This document shows, in pieces, positions 17,360 to 26,948 of a stretch of DNA of 64,000 bases. The notes beneath the pieces were generated by a model. It worked only from the letters and a program-made list of their open reading frames with translations, did not search any database and was not told the origin of the DNA. Source of the stretch: a virus. Every line of letters begins with the position of its first letter. Within the stretch, counting starts at the first letter, position 1. The translations under genes and the position numbers were made by a program. Location: IMG/VR virus record IMGVR_UViG_3300008262_000024, positions 1 through 64,000 of that record; one strand, 5' to 3'.

Positions 17360-18071
17360 TGCTGATAGCATATGTTTTATAGCACATTGGGATTCTGATA
17401 ATAAAACTTTTGATAAATCTTTAGAAGACATTTTAAAATCTACTGATCAAATCATAAGCAATATACTAATAACTATTGGAGTCAGTAAATATATTGGCTT
17501 TGTAGGTTTTGGTAAATGTACTGAAAGAAATGCAGTATATCCTGAATATAAAGCTAATAGGAAGGATAGAGAACCACTTAAATATCTTAAAGATATTAAA
17601 AATCATATGATAGATAAGTGGAAGTTTATTGCATTACATGGTATTGAAGCTGATGATATGGTAAATAGTGTCAGAGTAAAGGTTGATGGTAGCATAATCT
17701 GTGCTATAGATAAAGACCTTCTTATGTTAGAAGGTACTCATTATAACTATAAAAAGAATGAATGGGTAACTGTAACTGAAGAAGAAGCTGATTTATATTT
17801 TTGGAAATCTATGATTATAGGTGACTCAGCAGATAATATTAAAGGTTTAGAAGGTAAAGGTAAATCCTTTGCTGATAAACTGTTATTAAATATAGATGAT
17901 GTTGAATCTATGAGAAATATTGTTTTTCAAGAATACATTAATCAGTATGGTGAATATCATGGAATATCAAAGTTTTATCAGAATTATGTATGTCTAAAAA
18001 TAAAAGATGATTTTCTAGCTACTGGGTTTTTGAATCCAATAAATGTTGATGTAGATAATCTTGTTATATGA
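17325..18071 (+). CDS. 5'-3' exonuclease (phage RNase H / T7 gp6-like)
   Basis: IDADS, YKANR, EADD, IDKDL, GDSADNIKGLEGKG. Confidence 0.92.
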   Translation: MELQSERVAVIDADSICFIAHWDSDNKTFDKSLEDILKSTDQIISNILITIGVSKYIGFVGFGKCTERNAVYPEYKANRKDREPLKYLKDIKNHMIDKWKFIALHGIEADDMVNSVRVKVDGSIICAIDKDLLMLEGTHYNYKKNEWVTVTEEEADLYFWKSMIIGDSADNIKGLEGKGKSFADKLLLNIDDVESMRNIVFQEYINQYGEYHGISKFYQNYVCLKIKDDFLATGFLNPINVDVDNLVI

Positions 18072-18658
18072 GTTTGGATGAAATAAAAAATATAAAAACA
18101 AAAACTGTTGCTTATTTGCTTCCATTAATTGCAAATAAGAATGGCAAACTTGCAGACTTTAAGGATAGTGAACACTTTCCTAAATGTAATTTTGTCAATG
18201 CATTCAGATACTGTGAAGAGTTTCCTGATTTGGATACTCACATTTTTGTAGTTTATAAGTTTAGTCCTCATCCACAATTTGAAGAATTATTGAATAAGTT
18301 TAAAAGATATTCATCTTTTCACTCAATAATTGATAATGATAAATTTAGTATAATAATAGTGTTTGAAATATCAAACTTATCTAAAAAATCATTAGAATTA
18401 TTTGACAAAGGTGCATATTCTAAATTTAGGGCTGAAGATAAAAAACAAATATTAGATTTTTACTCAGTTACATCATCAGATAAATTTGGTCCAGCAGGAG
18501 TTCTTTATAAAAAAGAGTGGAGAAGATTAGAAATAGAAAATAAGATAGACATGAAGCTTCCAGAAGATGCAGAACTATCTTCTATTCCTGATCTAGAACA
18601 GGAAACTTATTATCTCAAGTATAAGAATGCAGATGAACCTGAAGATATTATAAGTTAA
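18068..18658 (+). CDS. Hypothetical phage protein
   Basis: 196-aa ATGA-coupled ORF. Confidence 0.75.
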   Translation: MSLDEIKNIKTKTVAYLLPLIANKNGKLADFKDSEHFPKCNFVNAFRYCEEFPDLDTHIFVVYKFSPHPQFEELLNKFKRYSSFHSIIDNDKFSIIIVFEISNLSKKSLELFDKGAYSKFRAEDKKQILDFYSVTSSDKFGPAGVLYKKEWRRLEIENKIDMKLPEDAELSSIPDLEQETYYLKYKNADEPEDIIS

Positions 18659-18667
18659 TTATCTTCT

Positions 18668-18675
18668 TATATTTG
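18668..18675 (+). promoter_or_regulatory. Bacteroidota -7 promoter element
   Basis: Intergenic TATATTTG upstream of ATG 18690. Confidence 0.55.
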
Positions 18676-18689
18676 TAAAAAGAAACTAT

Positions 18690-19559
18690 ATGAGTAAATT
18701 AAGTTACAATGCAAGGATAAACCTTGTATACGAGTTTCTGAAATCAAAACCAGGTTATTATAAAAAGTCAGCTGATAAAATCAGTGAACTTACTGGTGAA
18801 AGTAATTCAGAGATAATTAGGTTAGCTAAAGAACTTTTCAGGAATGTAGAAAAGTATAGTGAGGGTTGGGTAGAACCATACTTAGATGGAGATCCAGATA
18901 ATGTATTGGTTATAGGTGACCCTCATGAACCTTTTACAAAGGAAGGTTATCTTGAATTCTGTAGAAAGATTCAACAAGAGTATGATTGTGGTACTGTAAT
19001 TCATATAGGTGATGCAGTTGATAATCATGCTATTAGCTATCATGAGAAAGACCCTGAAGGTATGTCTGCAGGTGATGAGTTTAACCTTGCATTAGAAAGA
19101 ATGAAAAGATGGTATTACACATTTCCCAATGTTAAAGTTTGTATTGGGAATCATGATGCATTACCATTTAGAAAAGCTTTCTCTGCAGGTTTACCTAAAA
19201 CTTGGTTAAAGACATATCAGGAATTATTACAAAGTCCTCCAACATGGGAATGGGATTTTGTACATCAAGTAAATGGTGTTATTTATCAACATGGTACTGG
19301 TATGTCTGGTGAAATGGCAGCTATTAATGCTGCTAGAGAAAACAGACAATCTACAGTAATAGGTCACCTACATACAGTTATGAATACTAGATTCTTGGCA
19401 AGTTACAAGGATTTAATATTTGGAGTAACTGTAGGTTGTGGTATAGACCATGAGAAATATGCTTTTGCATATGGTAAACAGAACACTAGAAAGCCAGTAG
19501 TGGCTTGTGCTGTAATATTGGATGGTAAACTTCCAATAAATATTCCTATGCCAATTTAA
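18690..19559 (+). CDS. Calcineurin-like metallophosphoesterase
   Basis: GDPH, GDAVD, GNHD, QHG, GHLH. Confidence 0.92.
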   Translation: MSKLSYNARINLVYEFLKSKPGYYKKSADKISELTGESNSEIIRLAKELFRNVEKYSEGWVEPYLDGDPDNVLVIGDPHEPFTKEGYLEFCRKIQQEYDCGTVIHIGDAVDNHAISYHEKDPEGMSAGDEFNLALERMKRWYYTFPNVKVCIGNHDALPFRKAFSAGLPKTWLKTYQELLQSPPTWEWDFVHQVNGVIYQHGTGMSGEMAAINAARENRQSTVIGHLHTVMNTRFLASYKDLIFGVTVGCGIDHEKYAFAYGKQNTRKPVVACAVILDGKLPINIPMPI

Positions 19560-19566
19560 ATAAAAT

Positions 19567-19595
19567 ACCCCTGTTGAAACATACAGGGGTTTTTT
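19567..19595 (+). terminator. Rho-independent terminator
   Basis: ACCCCTGT/ACAGGGGT stem plus T-run. Confidence 0.85.
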
Positions 19596-19596
19596 A

Positions 19597-19604
19597 TATC
19601 TTTG
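19597..19604 (+). promoter_or_regulatory. Bacteroidota -7 promoter element
   Basis: TATCTTTG right after the terminator, upstream of the reductase gene. Confidence 0.6.
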
Positions 19605-19626
19605 GCACCCCTAAAAAATAATTTAT

Positions 19627-21483
19627 ATGGATATTGGATTAGAAACCTTGTCACAAATTGTGACCTTTAATAAGTATGCAAAATACTTACCTCAACTAAA
19701 TAGAAGAGAAACTTATGATGAAATTGTAATGAGATATGTACAGATGATGGTAGACAAATACCCTCATATGGCAGACAAGATTGTTAATCAAGCTCAATAC
19801 ATATTTGATAAGAAAATCCTACCTTCTATGAGGGCAATGCAGTTTGCAGGTCCTGCTATTCAAAAGAATGAAGCAAGGATTTACAACTGTTGTTATTTAC
19901 CTATTGATGATTACAGAGCTTTTGGTGAAGTAATGTTTTTATTATTAGGTGGTACAGGTGTAGGATACTCTGTACAATTTAAACATATTGAGAAACTACC
20001 TGAGATTAGAAAGCCATCTAAAGAACAAAAGTTCTTAGTAGGTGATTCTATTGAAGGGTGGGCAGATGCAGTTAAGCATTTGATTGGAAGTTATTTAGGT
20101 TATAGAAATACTAAACCTAGATTTGATTTTAGTGATATTAGACAGAAGGGTACAAGGTTAATTACTGCAGGTGGTAAAGCACCTGGTCCTGATCCACTTA
20201 AAACTTGTCTATTTGAACTAGAGCAAATACTTGATAAAAAGTCTGATGGTGAAAAACTATCAACTATTGAAGTACATGATATAGTTTGTCATATTGCTGA
20301 TGCAGTTCTTGCAGGTGGTATCCGTAGAGCAGCTTTAATTAGCTTGTTCTCAGCAGATGATGAGTCAATGTTAACTTGTAAGTTTGGTAGTTGGTGGGAA
20401 TCTAACCCTCAACGTGGTAGAGCTAACAATTCTGCAGTATTAGTAAGACATAGAATTACTAAAGAATTCTTTTTAAATCTGTGGAAAAAGATTGAACTAT
20501 CAGGTAGTGGTGAACCAGGATTCTACTTTACTAATGATGCAGATTGGGGTACTAACCCATGCTGTGAGATTGCATTAAGACCATATCAGTTTTGTAACTT
20601 GTGTGAGGTTAATGTAAGTAATGTAGAGTCACAAAAAGACTTAAATGATAGAGTATCTGCTGCAGCATTCTTTGGAACTTTGCAAGCAGGATTTACTGAC
20701 TTTCATTATTTAAGACCTATTTGGAAGAAAACTACTGAAAAAGATGCTCTTATTGGTGTAGGTATGACAGGTATTGCTTCTATGGAAGTATTCAAGTATG
20801 ACCTAACAGAAGCTGCAGAAATAGTTAAACTTGTTAATATTGAGACTTCACAAAGTATTGGTATTAATGCAGCAGCTAGAACTACTTGTGTTAAACCATC
20901 AGGTACTACATCTTGTGTGTTAGGTACTGCAAGTGGTATTCATGCTTGGCATAATGACTTCTATATCAGAAGAATGCAGATGTCAAAATCAGAAGATCTT
21001 TATAAGTATCTAGCAGCTAACCATCCTAGTTTAGTTAAAGATCATTTGTTGATTCCTAATAGTGCAGTAGTAGAAATTCCTATTAAAGCACCTGAAGGTT
21101 CTGTATTAAGAACAGAGTCTGCATTAGATACATTAGCAAGAGTTAAAGATGTGTCCACCAAATGGATAAAACCTGGACATATCAGTGGAAACAATACACA
21201 TAATGTATCAGCTACTATCTCTATTAAAAATGATGAATGGGAAACTGTAGGTGAATGGATGTGGGATAATAAAGTTTATTACAATGGTTTATCAGTTCTA
21301 CCATTTGATGGTGGTACTTACAGTCAAGCTCCTTTTGAGGATATAACTGAGAATCAATATAATGAACTTGTTAAACAACTATCATCTATTGATTTAACTC
21401 AAGTTATGGAAGAAGATGATTCAACTTCTTTAATGGATCAAGCAGCCTGTGCAGGTGGAGCCTGTGAAGTAACAACTTTATAA
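19627..21483 (+). CDS. nrdJ: Class II (AdoCbl-dependent) ribonucleotide reductase
   Basis: YNCC, GTNPCCEI, QFCNLCE, VKPSGT, C-terminal CAGGAC; no small-subunit gene adjacent. Confidence 0.92.
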   Translation: MDIGLETLSQIVTFNKYAKYLPQLNRRETYDEIVMRYVQMMVDKYPHMADKIVNQAQYIFDKKILPSMRAMQFAGPAIQKNEARIYNCCYLPIDDYRAFGEVMFLLLGGTGVGYSVQFKHIEKLPEIRKPSKEQKFLVGDSIEGWADAVKHLIGSYLGYRNTKPRFDFSDIRQKGTRLITAGGKAPGPDPLKTCLFELEQILDKKSDGEKLSTIEVHDIVCHIADAVLAGGIRRAALISLFSADDESMLTCKFGSWWESNPQRGRANNSAVLVRHRITKEFFLNLWKKIELSGSGEPGFYFTNDADWGTNPCCEIALRPYQFCNLCEVNVSNVESQKDLNDRVSAAAFFGTLQAGFTDFHYLRPIWKKTTEKDALIGVGMTGIASMEVFKYDLTEAAEIVKLVNIETSQSIGINAAARTTCVKPSGTTSCVLGTASGIHAWHNDFYIRRMQMSKSEDLYKYLAANHPSLVKDHLLIPNSAVVEIPIKAPEGSVLRTESALDTLARVKDVSTKWIKPGHISGNNTHNVSATISIKNDEWETVGEWMWDNKVYYNGLSVLPFDGGTYSQAPFEDITENQYNELVKQLSSIDLTQVMEEDDSTSLMDQAACAGGACEVTTL

Positions 21484-21484
21484 T

Positions 21485-22192
21485 ATGAATAATACAGTAG
21501 AATTATTAGGATTCTATGGTTCTGATGAGGTAATAGCTTGTTCTGCATGGACAAGCACCTCTAGGGAACTATCAGAAGATAAGGTTAAGAGAATACCTGC
21601 TCTAATAGATATGTTGTGGAGCAATGGTCATGAAACACCATTTGAGAAGGCTACAGTGCACTTCTTGGTTAATTGTGATATTGCATCCCATATACATTTA
21701 TTAAAGCATAGGATGGCTTCTATTAATGCAGAATCAGCAAGGTATAAAGAGTTAAAAGAAGATAAGTTTTACTTACCTCAAGATTGGAATGGTATATTGT
21801 GTACTGAAAATGTTTATCCTGAAATATTACCTTATGGTGAAACTGAAGTACCTTTTGCTGAAAGAGGAGAATCTGAATGGTTGTCTGTTTTAAAAAACTA
21901 CACATATTTAGGTAATCAACTATATCATCAGTGTTTAGAAGATTTAACTCCTATTCTTGGTAGAAAAAGAGCTAAAGAGTCAGCAAGGTTTTTTAAAACT
22001 TATAACTCACAAATACAAGCTGATGTAATGTTTAACATGAGAAGTTTTGCTAACTTTCTAAAACTTAGAAATAGTGAACATGCTCAAGTTGAGATTAGAG
22101 AAATAGCACAAGAAATGTTATCTTTGGTACAAAATATTGAAGGTAATCCTTTTGAACAAACAATAAAATCAATAACTAAAAATGGAAGATAA
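21485..22192 (+). CDS. thyX: Flavin-dependent thymidylate synthase
   Basis: GHETPFE, LLKHR..SINAESARY, NMRSF.NFLKLR..HAQVEIR. Confidence 0.93.
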   Translation: MNNTVELLGFYGSDEVIACSAWTSTSRELSEDKVKRIPALIDMLWSNGHETPFEKATVHFLVNCDIASHIHLLKHRMASINAESARYKELKEDKFYLPQDWNGILCTENVYPEILPYGETEVPFAERGESEWLSVLKNYTYLGNQLYHQCLEDLTPILGRKRAKESARFFKTYNSQIQADVMFNMRSFANFLKLRNSEHAQVEIREIAQEMLSLVQNIEGNPFEQTIKSITKNGR

Positions 22193-22502
22193 GAAATCCA
22201 AACCACGTAAAAGAGTTGTAGCTAAAAGTGACTCTACAATTGTTGAAACAATATCAACAATTAGCTTTGAAGAACATCAATCTTTAATTGATCAAAAAAT
22301 CTCACAGATTATTTCATTAGAAAATGGTCTTAAAGCTTCAGAAACTATTATTAAAGATCTTAATCACAAGATTAATGACCTTAGATTTGAAGTTAGAGAT
22401 CTAAGATCTAAATTAGGTACTTCATCTATGAATAGTAGTATGTTAGAAAAAAAGTTAAACCTTATTCCTAATTGGGTTAAATATTTATTTGGTGTAAAAT
22501 GA
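22182..22502 (+). CDS. Hypothetical coiled-coil protein
   Basis: 106-aa ORF with heptad pattern, ending IPNWVKYLF. Confidence 0.7.
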   Translation: MEDKKSKPRKRVVAKSDSTIVETISTISFEEHQSLIDQKISQIISLENGLKASETIIKDLNHKINDLRFEVRDLRSKLGTSSMNSSMLEKKLNLIPNWVKYLFGVK

Positions 22503-22927
22503 TAGTTAAGTTTAAAAAACTTGATCCTAATGCAGTAACTCCAGCATATGCTAAAGCTGGGGATGCTGCTGTGGATTTAACAGCTACAACATTAGCTAAA
22601 GTTGATAGAGCAGAATATGGTTATATGGAGTATGGTACAGGATTATCTGTAGAAATTCCTGAAGGATATGTAGGTCTATTATTTCCTAGAAGCTCTATAA
22701 GTAACTCTGGATTAATTCTAACTAACTCTGTTGGTGTTATTGATTCAGGTTATAGAGGAGAGATTAAATTTAGATTTAAACATATTCCTGATACTTCATT
22801 CTATAAACCAGGAGATAGAGTAGGTCAGTTAATTATACTACCTTATCCACAGATTGACTTTCAAGAAGTTGAAGAATTATCTTCTACTGAAAGAGGTGAA
22901 GGTGGCTTTGGAAGTACAGGTAATTAA
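22499..22927 (+). CDS. dut: Trimeric dUTPase
   Basis: AAVDL, PRSS, GVIDSGYRGEI, RVGQ, RGEGGFGSTG. Confidence 0.96.
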   Translation: MIVKFKKLDPNAVTPAYAKAGDAAVDLTATTLAKVDRAEYGYMEYGTGLSVEIPEGYVGLLFPRSSISNSGLILTNSVGVIDSGYRGEIKFRFKHIPDTSFYKPGDRVGQLIILPYPQIDFQEVEELSSTERGEGGFGSTGN

Positions 22928-22930
22928 AAT

Positions 22931-22960
22931 AAGAGAGGGGCTACCGCCCCTCTTTTTTTT
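22931..22960. terminator. Terminator (probably bidirectional) at the convergence of the two transcription arms
   Basis: AGAGGGGC-TACC-GCCCCTCT stem with a T-run on + and an A-rich flank upstream. Confidence 0.85.
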
Positions 22961-22970
22961 AGACCTTCTA

Positions 22971-25900
22971 TTATTTATCTCTTTCAATGTCTATCATTTT
23001 CTTAGCAGAGTAGACAAATGGTATTTGTTTAGAAGTATAATAAAAATATCCAGTTTTGTCATAAGGATCTTTTTCACCACTAATATCATGATAAGCTTGA
23101 TCTACAAAGTTTTGTAATGCTTTTTTAGCATCTAGTGCTACTGATGTTACTGGCATAGATGTTTGAAATAATATATCAACACCTTCTGAACCATAGAAGA
23201 AACCAAGTTCTCGTTTAACTCTATTAATAGTTCTGTAAGTCCAATTTAATAACAAGTATTGTTTATAATCTTTTTTACCATCATCATCCCAATCTCCTCC
23301 AGCTAACATTCCTAAAGTAATTAATACTAATAAAACTTGTAATTCAGTTACCATAGATTTAATTTGACCATTATAATAATCTAAGAATTCTTCAAAAGTA
23401 TATTCTTGAATTCTTTTATCATACATATTATCAGATTTAAACTTTTCAAACAAAGCTCTTGCTCTAGATTCATTAGCTTTAAAAGTTCTAACTTTACCCA
23501 TTGTAAATAAACTTAATGGTACATCTAGTGCAAGTTTACCTAATCCAATCCAAGCTGATTTATTTAAAAGTAAAAACTTTTTAGATTCATCATCTTTTAA
23601 ACTATCATATACTGCATAAAATCTACCAACAGTTACAGCATTAGTATAGTTATTGTATCTAATACCATTAAAATGTTCTTTAAATAAATCAGGTAACCAG
23701 TTTTTGTAAGTCATTGATAACTTACCTAAAATTTGAAAATTAATAGCTCTTTGGTCTTGATCTGAAAGTTCACCTTTAATTGTTCTAGAAACACCTCTAA
23801 CTGAATTTGTTAATTCATTATAGATATCTAATGTCATACCTTCAATTTCAAGTTTACCATCTTTAATAGATGCTTTTTCAAATAATGATTTAGAACCTTC
23901 AGGTAATGTTGCTAATCTTCTCAACCTACCATTAGCATCAATACCATAGTTTTGCATCATAGATAAACCTAAACTATTATCAATCCATTCAGAACCCATT
24001 CTAAAACCAATGAATGGTAATCCCATATTAGCTAATTTAATTAGTCTATTATCAGGTAATTCATTTGCTTGTAAGCTTACATGCTTACCATCAAACTGAA
24101 AGTATTGAAGTATAGCAGTAACAAGTTTACCTTCACCTTCTTTATCAGTAAAAGTTTTAGTAAGAAGTTTTTCACTTCTTTTCATCTGTTTTACAGTATA
24201 ATAAAAACCTTTTTTACCTTCATAATAAGACATTATTTTAGAAGATAATGATGCTGCTCCTTGAGCAATAGGTTCAAGACCTAGTTTAGTTAATCTTTGG
24301 AAATTATTAAATTTATTTAACCTATTGGTCCAATCTTTACCAATATGCTCACCTTGTTCTTTAATACCATAAATATGGTATAAAACAGTTTTTCTAAACA
24401 ACTGAGCTTCATCTAATTGTTGACCTGTTACTTTAGTAAATAATTTAGCACCCTTTTGTTTACTCACACCAGATGTAGCAATCATATCACTTAACACTTC
24501 TATTTCAGCTTCTATCTGTTTATAACCTTCATAATTAAAAACTACATCAGCAAATGTTAAAAGTGTTCTTGAAAGGTCATATGATTTTAATGAATTGTCT
24601 ATAACACCTTCTTTAGAATATAAAGGATGTATACCAAAGATTGGTATATCATTTTCTATTTCTCCAGTTTCAACATTTTTTCTTCTAGCAAGTTCAGTAT
24701 AATATCCAAATTCATCTCTATCTGCCTGTCTTGTCCACATTGACAAAAGATTTTGCCATGCTGTTTTACCAGCAGTACCATTATAAATAGATTCTATTAG
24801 ACTAGCTCTAAAGTATGGAATAAAGTTATCAGGAACTACTGAGTAATCATTTTCCATACCTAAAGATTTTCTAAAACTTTTCATGGACTCTGTCCAAAAA
24901 TCATAATATTCTTTTAAAGCAGGTGTATTTTGTATTTCTAAATACTCTTTAGAATATATTTCTGATGATAATGAGTTTTTATATTCAGGTTTTAATTCAT
25001 AATACCAAGCATAATTTTTAGGATCAAACTTATATTTTTCTAAAGAATTATTATCTAAAAAGGTTTTTATTTTCTTTTCATCTTTTTCAACAGTCCAACC
25101 ATTATCACCAATTATTTTTAACAACCATTTATTATGTCTGTCCTCAGAGTCTTCCTTTAATCTAAAATATTTATCAAGAGTTTTAGCATCACCTTTCTCT
25201 CTAGCTTCTTTCATTCTAGCATTAAACTCAGGATTAAACTTTGCAAAAAGATTTCCTGTTTCTTTATTAATGATTTTATCATAAGCTCTTAATATACCTA
25301 CACCAGAGTTTTGAGCATGCTTTTCAAGTTTTACAGTAACCTCTTTAAGCTTTTCTTTAAAATTAAATAATTTTATTTTAGCTTCAGATTCTACTTTACT
25401 TTTCTTCTTAAATGCTTCTCTAAATATAGGATGTTGTATTTCACCAAATGTGTTAAATAGCTGACTTACACCATCAATACCTTTAGCATTTTGAATTTCT
25501 TCAATATTTGTAGAAGTTAAATCAAGTCTTTTAATTAATTCATTTTTTAATTGATCTGTAAGTATATCAATATTATTTTGAAGTCTTTCTATTTGATGTC
25601 TGTATTTAGCATAATCTGATTCTTCAATACCCATTCTATCATAGAATTCATATGAACCTGCAATGATAGAAGATATAATACTTAATTCTTTAATTAATTC
25701 CTGATGTTGTTTTAAATTAAGATAGTTTTCATTATTCTTATCTTTAATTTTTTCTTCAGTTATATTTACAAGTTGTGCATATCTCTTATTATCAAATGTA
25801 GAATACTTATTAATTACTTTAGTATAATCATCAACAAGAGTTTTGATATCTCTTTCTACAATAACAGCATTAATGGCTCTTGTAAGTTTATCAATTCTAG

Positions 25901-26948
25901 ATTTTAGATATTCTTTTCTTTCTCTAGATATTTTTTCACCAAGTTCTATTGTAGCATTGTTTTTAAGTATATAAAGTTTTTCTAATTTTTCATCTAATGA
26001 CTTTATACCAGTTTTTTCTTGAACAGGTATCTGAGTTAAATAATCTTTAGCTGAGGCAAAAGTTTCTATTTGTTTTACTTTACCATTAGTTTTACCATCT
26101 TTAATTTCAAGAACTAATTGAATAGGTACAATTCTAGATTTTTCAACTGCATTTATACCAATAACATTTAATAATGAAAATGTAGTTTTAGGTAATTGAG
26201 TATTCCAATCTTCATATTTATAAAATGGAATCCAGTTAGGATCTACAACATATTGTTTACCATCTTTATATTCAACACTAGAGTTTTTAGCTGTCATAGA
26301 TTTATAGTCATAATGATCTGCTGTAAGATCTGAATATAAAAATATTAAGTCAGCTGTACCTGCTAATTTACTAGATGCTAATAATCTTTGTTCAGGTGCA
26401 ATATATACTTTACCAGTAGGATCTTTTTTAGTTTGAACACTAATAGCATCATCTATTAATGCTTTAGCTGTTTTATATAATGTATTAAATATAGTTTCAT
26501 TTAACTGAGTTTCAGCTCTTAGCTCACTTACTGTTTTATAAGTACCCTGTTTAATTAAAACTTTATCTTTATATGTAGTGCTTGCAATTGCTTGGACTAA
26601 ACTCTCAAGAGTATTGTGTAAGTATGTACCAACTTCTCTTTGAGCAATAGACATTGGGTCTTTATTTATCTCCTCAGCTTTTAACTTACCTTTCTTTCTT
26701 TCAAATTTTTCTTTAGCTTCACTAGTAAAAGTTTCTGAAATAAAAAACTGTTCACTTGAAACACCTATAATACCATAACCTCTTTTACCCTTATATTCTC
26801 TAGATTCAAAAATTCTTTGTAATAGTTCAAGTCTATTAATAGCTTCTTGTTGAGTTTCAGCTTTACCTAAAAACAGATTAGCTATCATATTATTTCTTAT
26901 AGCATCACTTGCTTCAGAAAGTGATATATTTGTTTCACATTTTTTCAT
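22971..26948 (-). CDS. Large virion cargo/ejection protein with N-terminal PD-(D/E)XK nuclease-like domain
   Basis: 1325 aa; last of the giant-gene trio; GTYLH..E, EQRL, AGTADLI, DYKS, QL; hydrophobic helix near the C-terminus. Confidence 0.75.
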   Translation of the reverse strand: MKKCETNISLSEASDAIRNNMIANLFLGKAETQQEAINRLELLQRIFESREYKGKRGYGIIGVSSEQFFISETFTSEAKEKFERKKGKLKAEEINKDPMSIAQREVGTYLHNTLESLVQAIASTTYKDKVLIKQGTYKTVSELRAETQLNETIFNTLYKTAKALIDDAISVQTKKDPTGKVYIAPEQRLLASSKLAGTADLIFLYSDLTADHYDYKSMTAKNSSVEYKDGKQYVVDPNWIPFYKYEDWNTQLPKTTFSLLNVIGINAVEKSRIVPIQLVLEIKDGKTNGKVKQIETFASAKDYLTQIPVQEKTGIKSLDEKLEKLYILKNNATIELGEKISRERKEYLKSRIDKLTRAINAVIVERDIKTLVDDYTKVINKYSTFDNKRYAQLVNITEEKIKDKNNENYLNLKQHQELIKELSIISSIIAGSYEFYDRMGIEESDYAKYRHQIERLQNNIDILTDQLKNELIKRLDLTSTNIEEIQNAKGIDGVSQLFNTFGEIQHPIFREAFKKKSKVESEAKIKLFNFKEKLKEVTVKLEKHAQNSGVGILRAYDKIINKETGNLFAKFNPEFNARMKEAREKGDAKTLDKYFRLKEDSEDRHNKWLLKIIGDNGWTVEKDEKKIKTFLDNNSLEKYKFDPKNYAWYYELKPEYKNSLSSEIYSKEYLEIQNTPALKEYYDFWTESMKSFRKSLGMENDYSVVPDNFIPYFRASLIESIYNGTAGKTAWQNLLSMWTRQADRDEFGYYTELARRKNVETGEIENDIPIFGIHPLYSKEGVIDNSLKSYDLSRTLLTFADVVFNYEGYKQIEAEIEVLSDMIATSGVSKQKGAKLFTKVTGQQLDEAQLFRKTVLYHIYGIKEQGEHIGKDWTNRLNKFNNFQRLTKLGLEPIAQGAASLSSKIMSYYEGKKGFYYTVKQMKRSEKLLTKTFTDKEGEGKLVTAILQYFQFDGKHVSLQANELPDNRLIKLANMGLPFIGFRMGSEWIDNSLGLSMMQNYGIDANGRLRRLATLPEGSKSLFEKASIKDGKLEIEGMTLDIYNELTNSVRGVSRTIKGELSDQDQRAINFQILGKLSMTYKNWLPDLFKEHFNGIRYNNYTNAVTVGRFYAVYDSLKDDESKKFLLLNKSAWIGLGKLALDVPLSLFTMGKVRTFKANESRARALFEKFKSDNMYDKRIQEYTFEEFLDYYNGQIKSMVTELQVLLVLITLGMLAGGDWDDDGKKDYKQYLLLNWTYRTINRVKRELGFFYGSEGVDILFQTSMPVTSVALDAKKALQNFVDQAYHDISGEKDPYDKTGYFYYTSKQIPFVYSAKKMIDIERDK

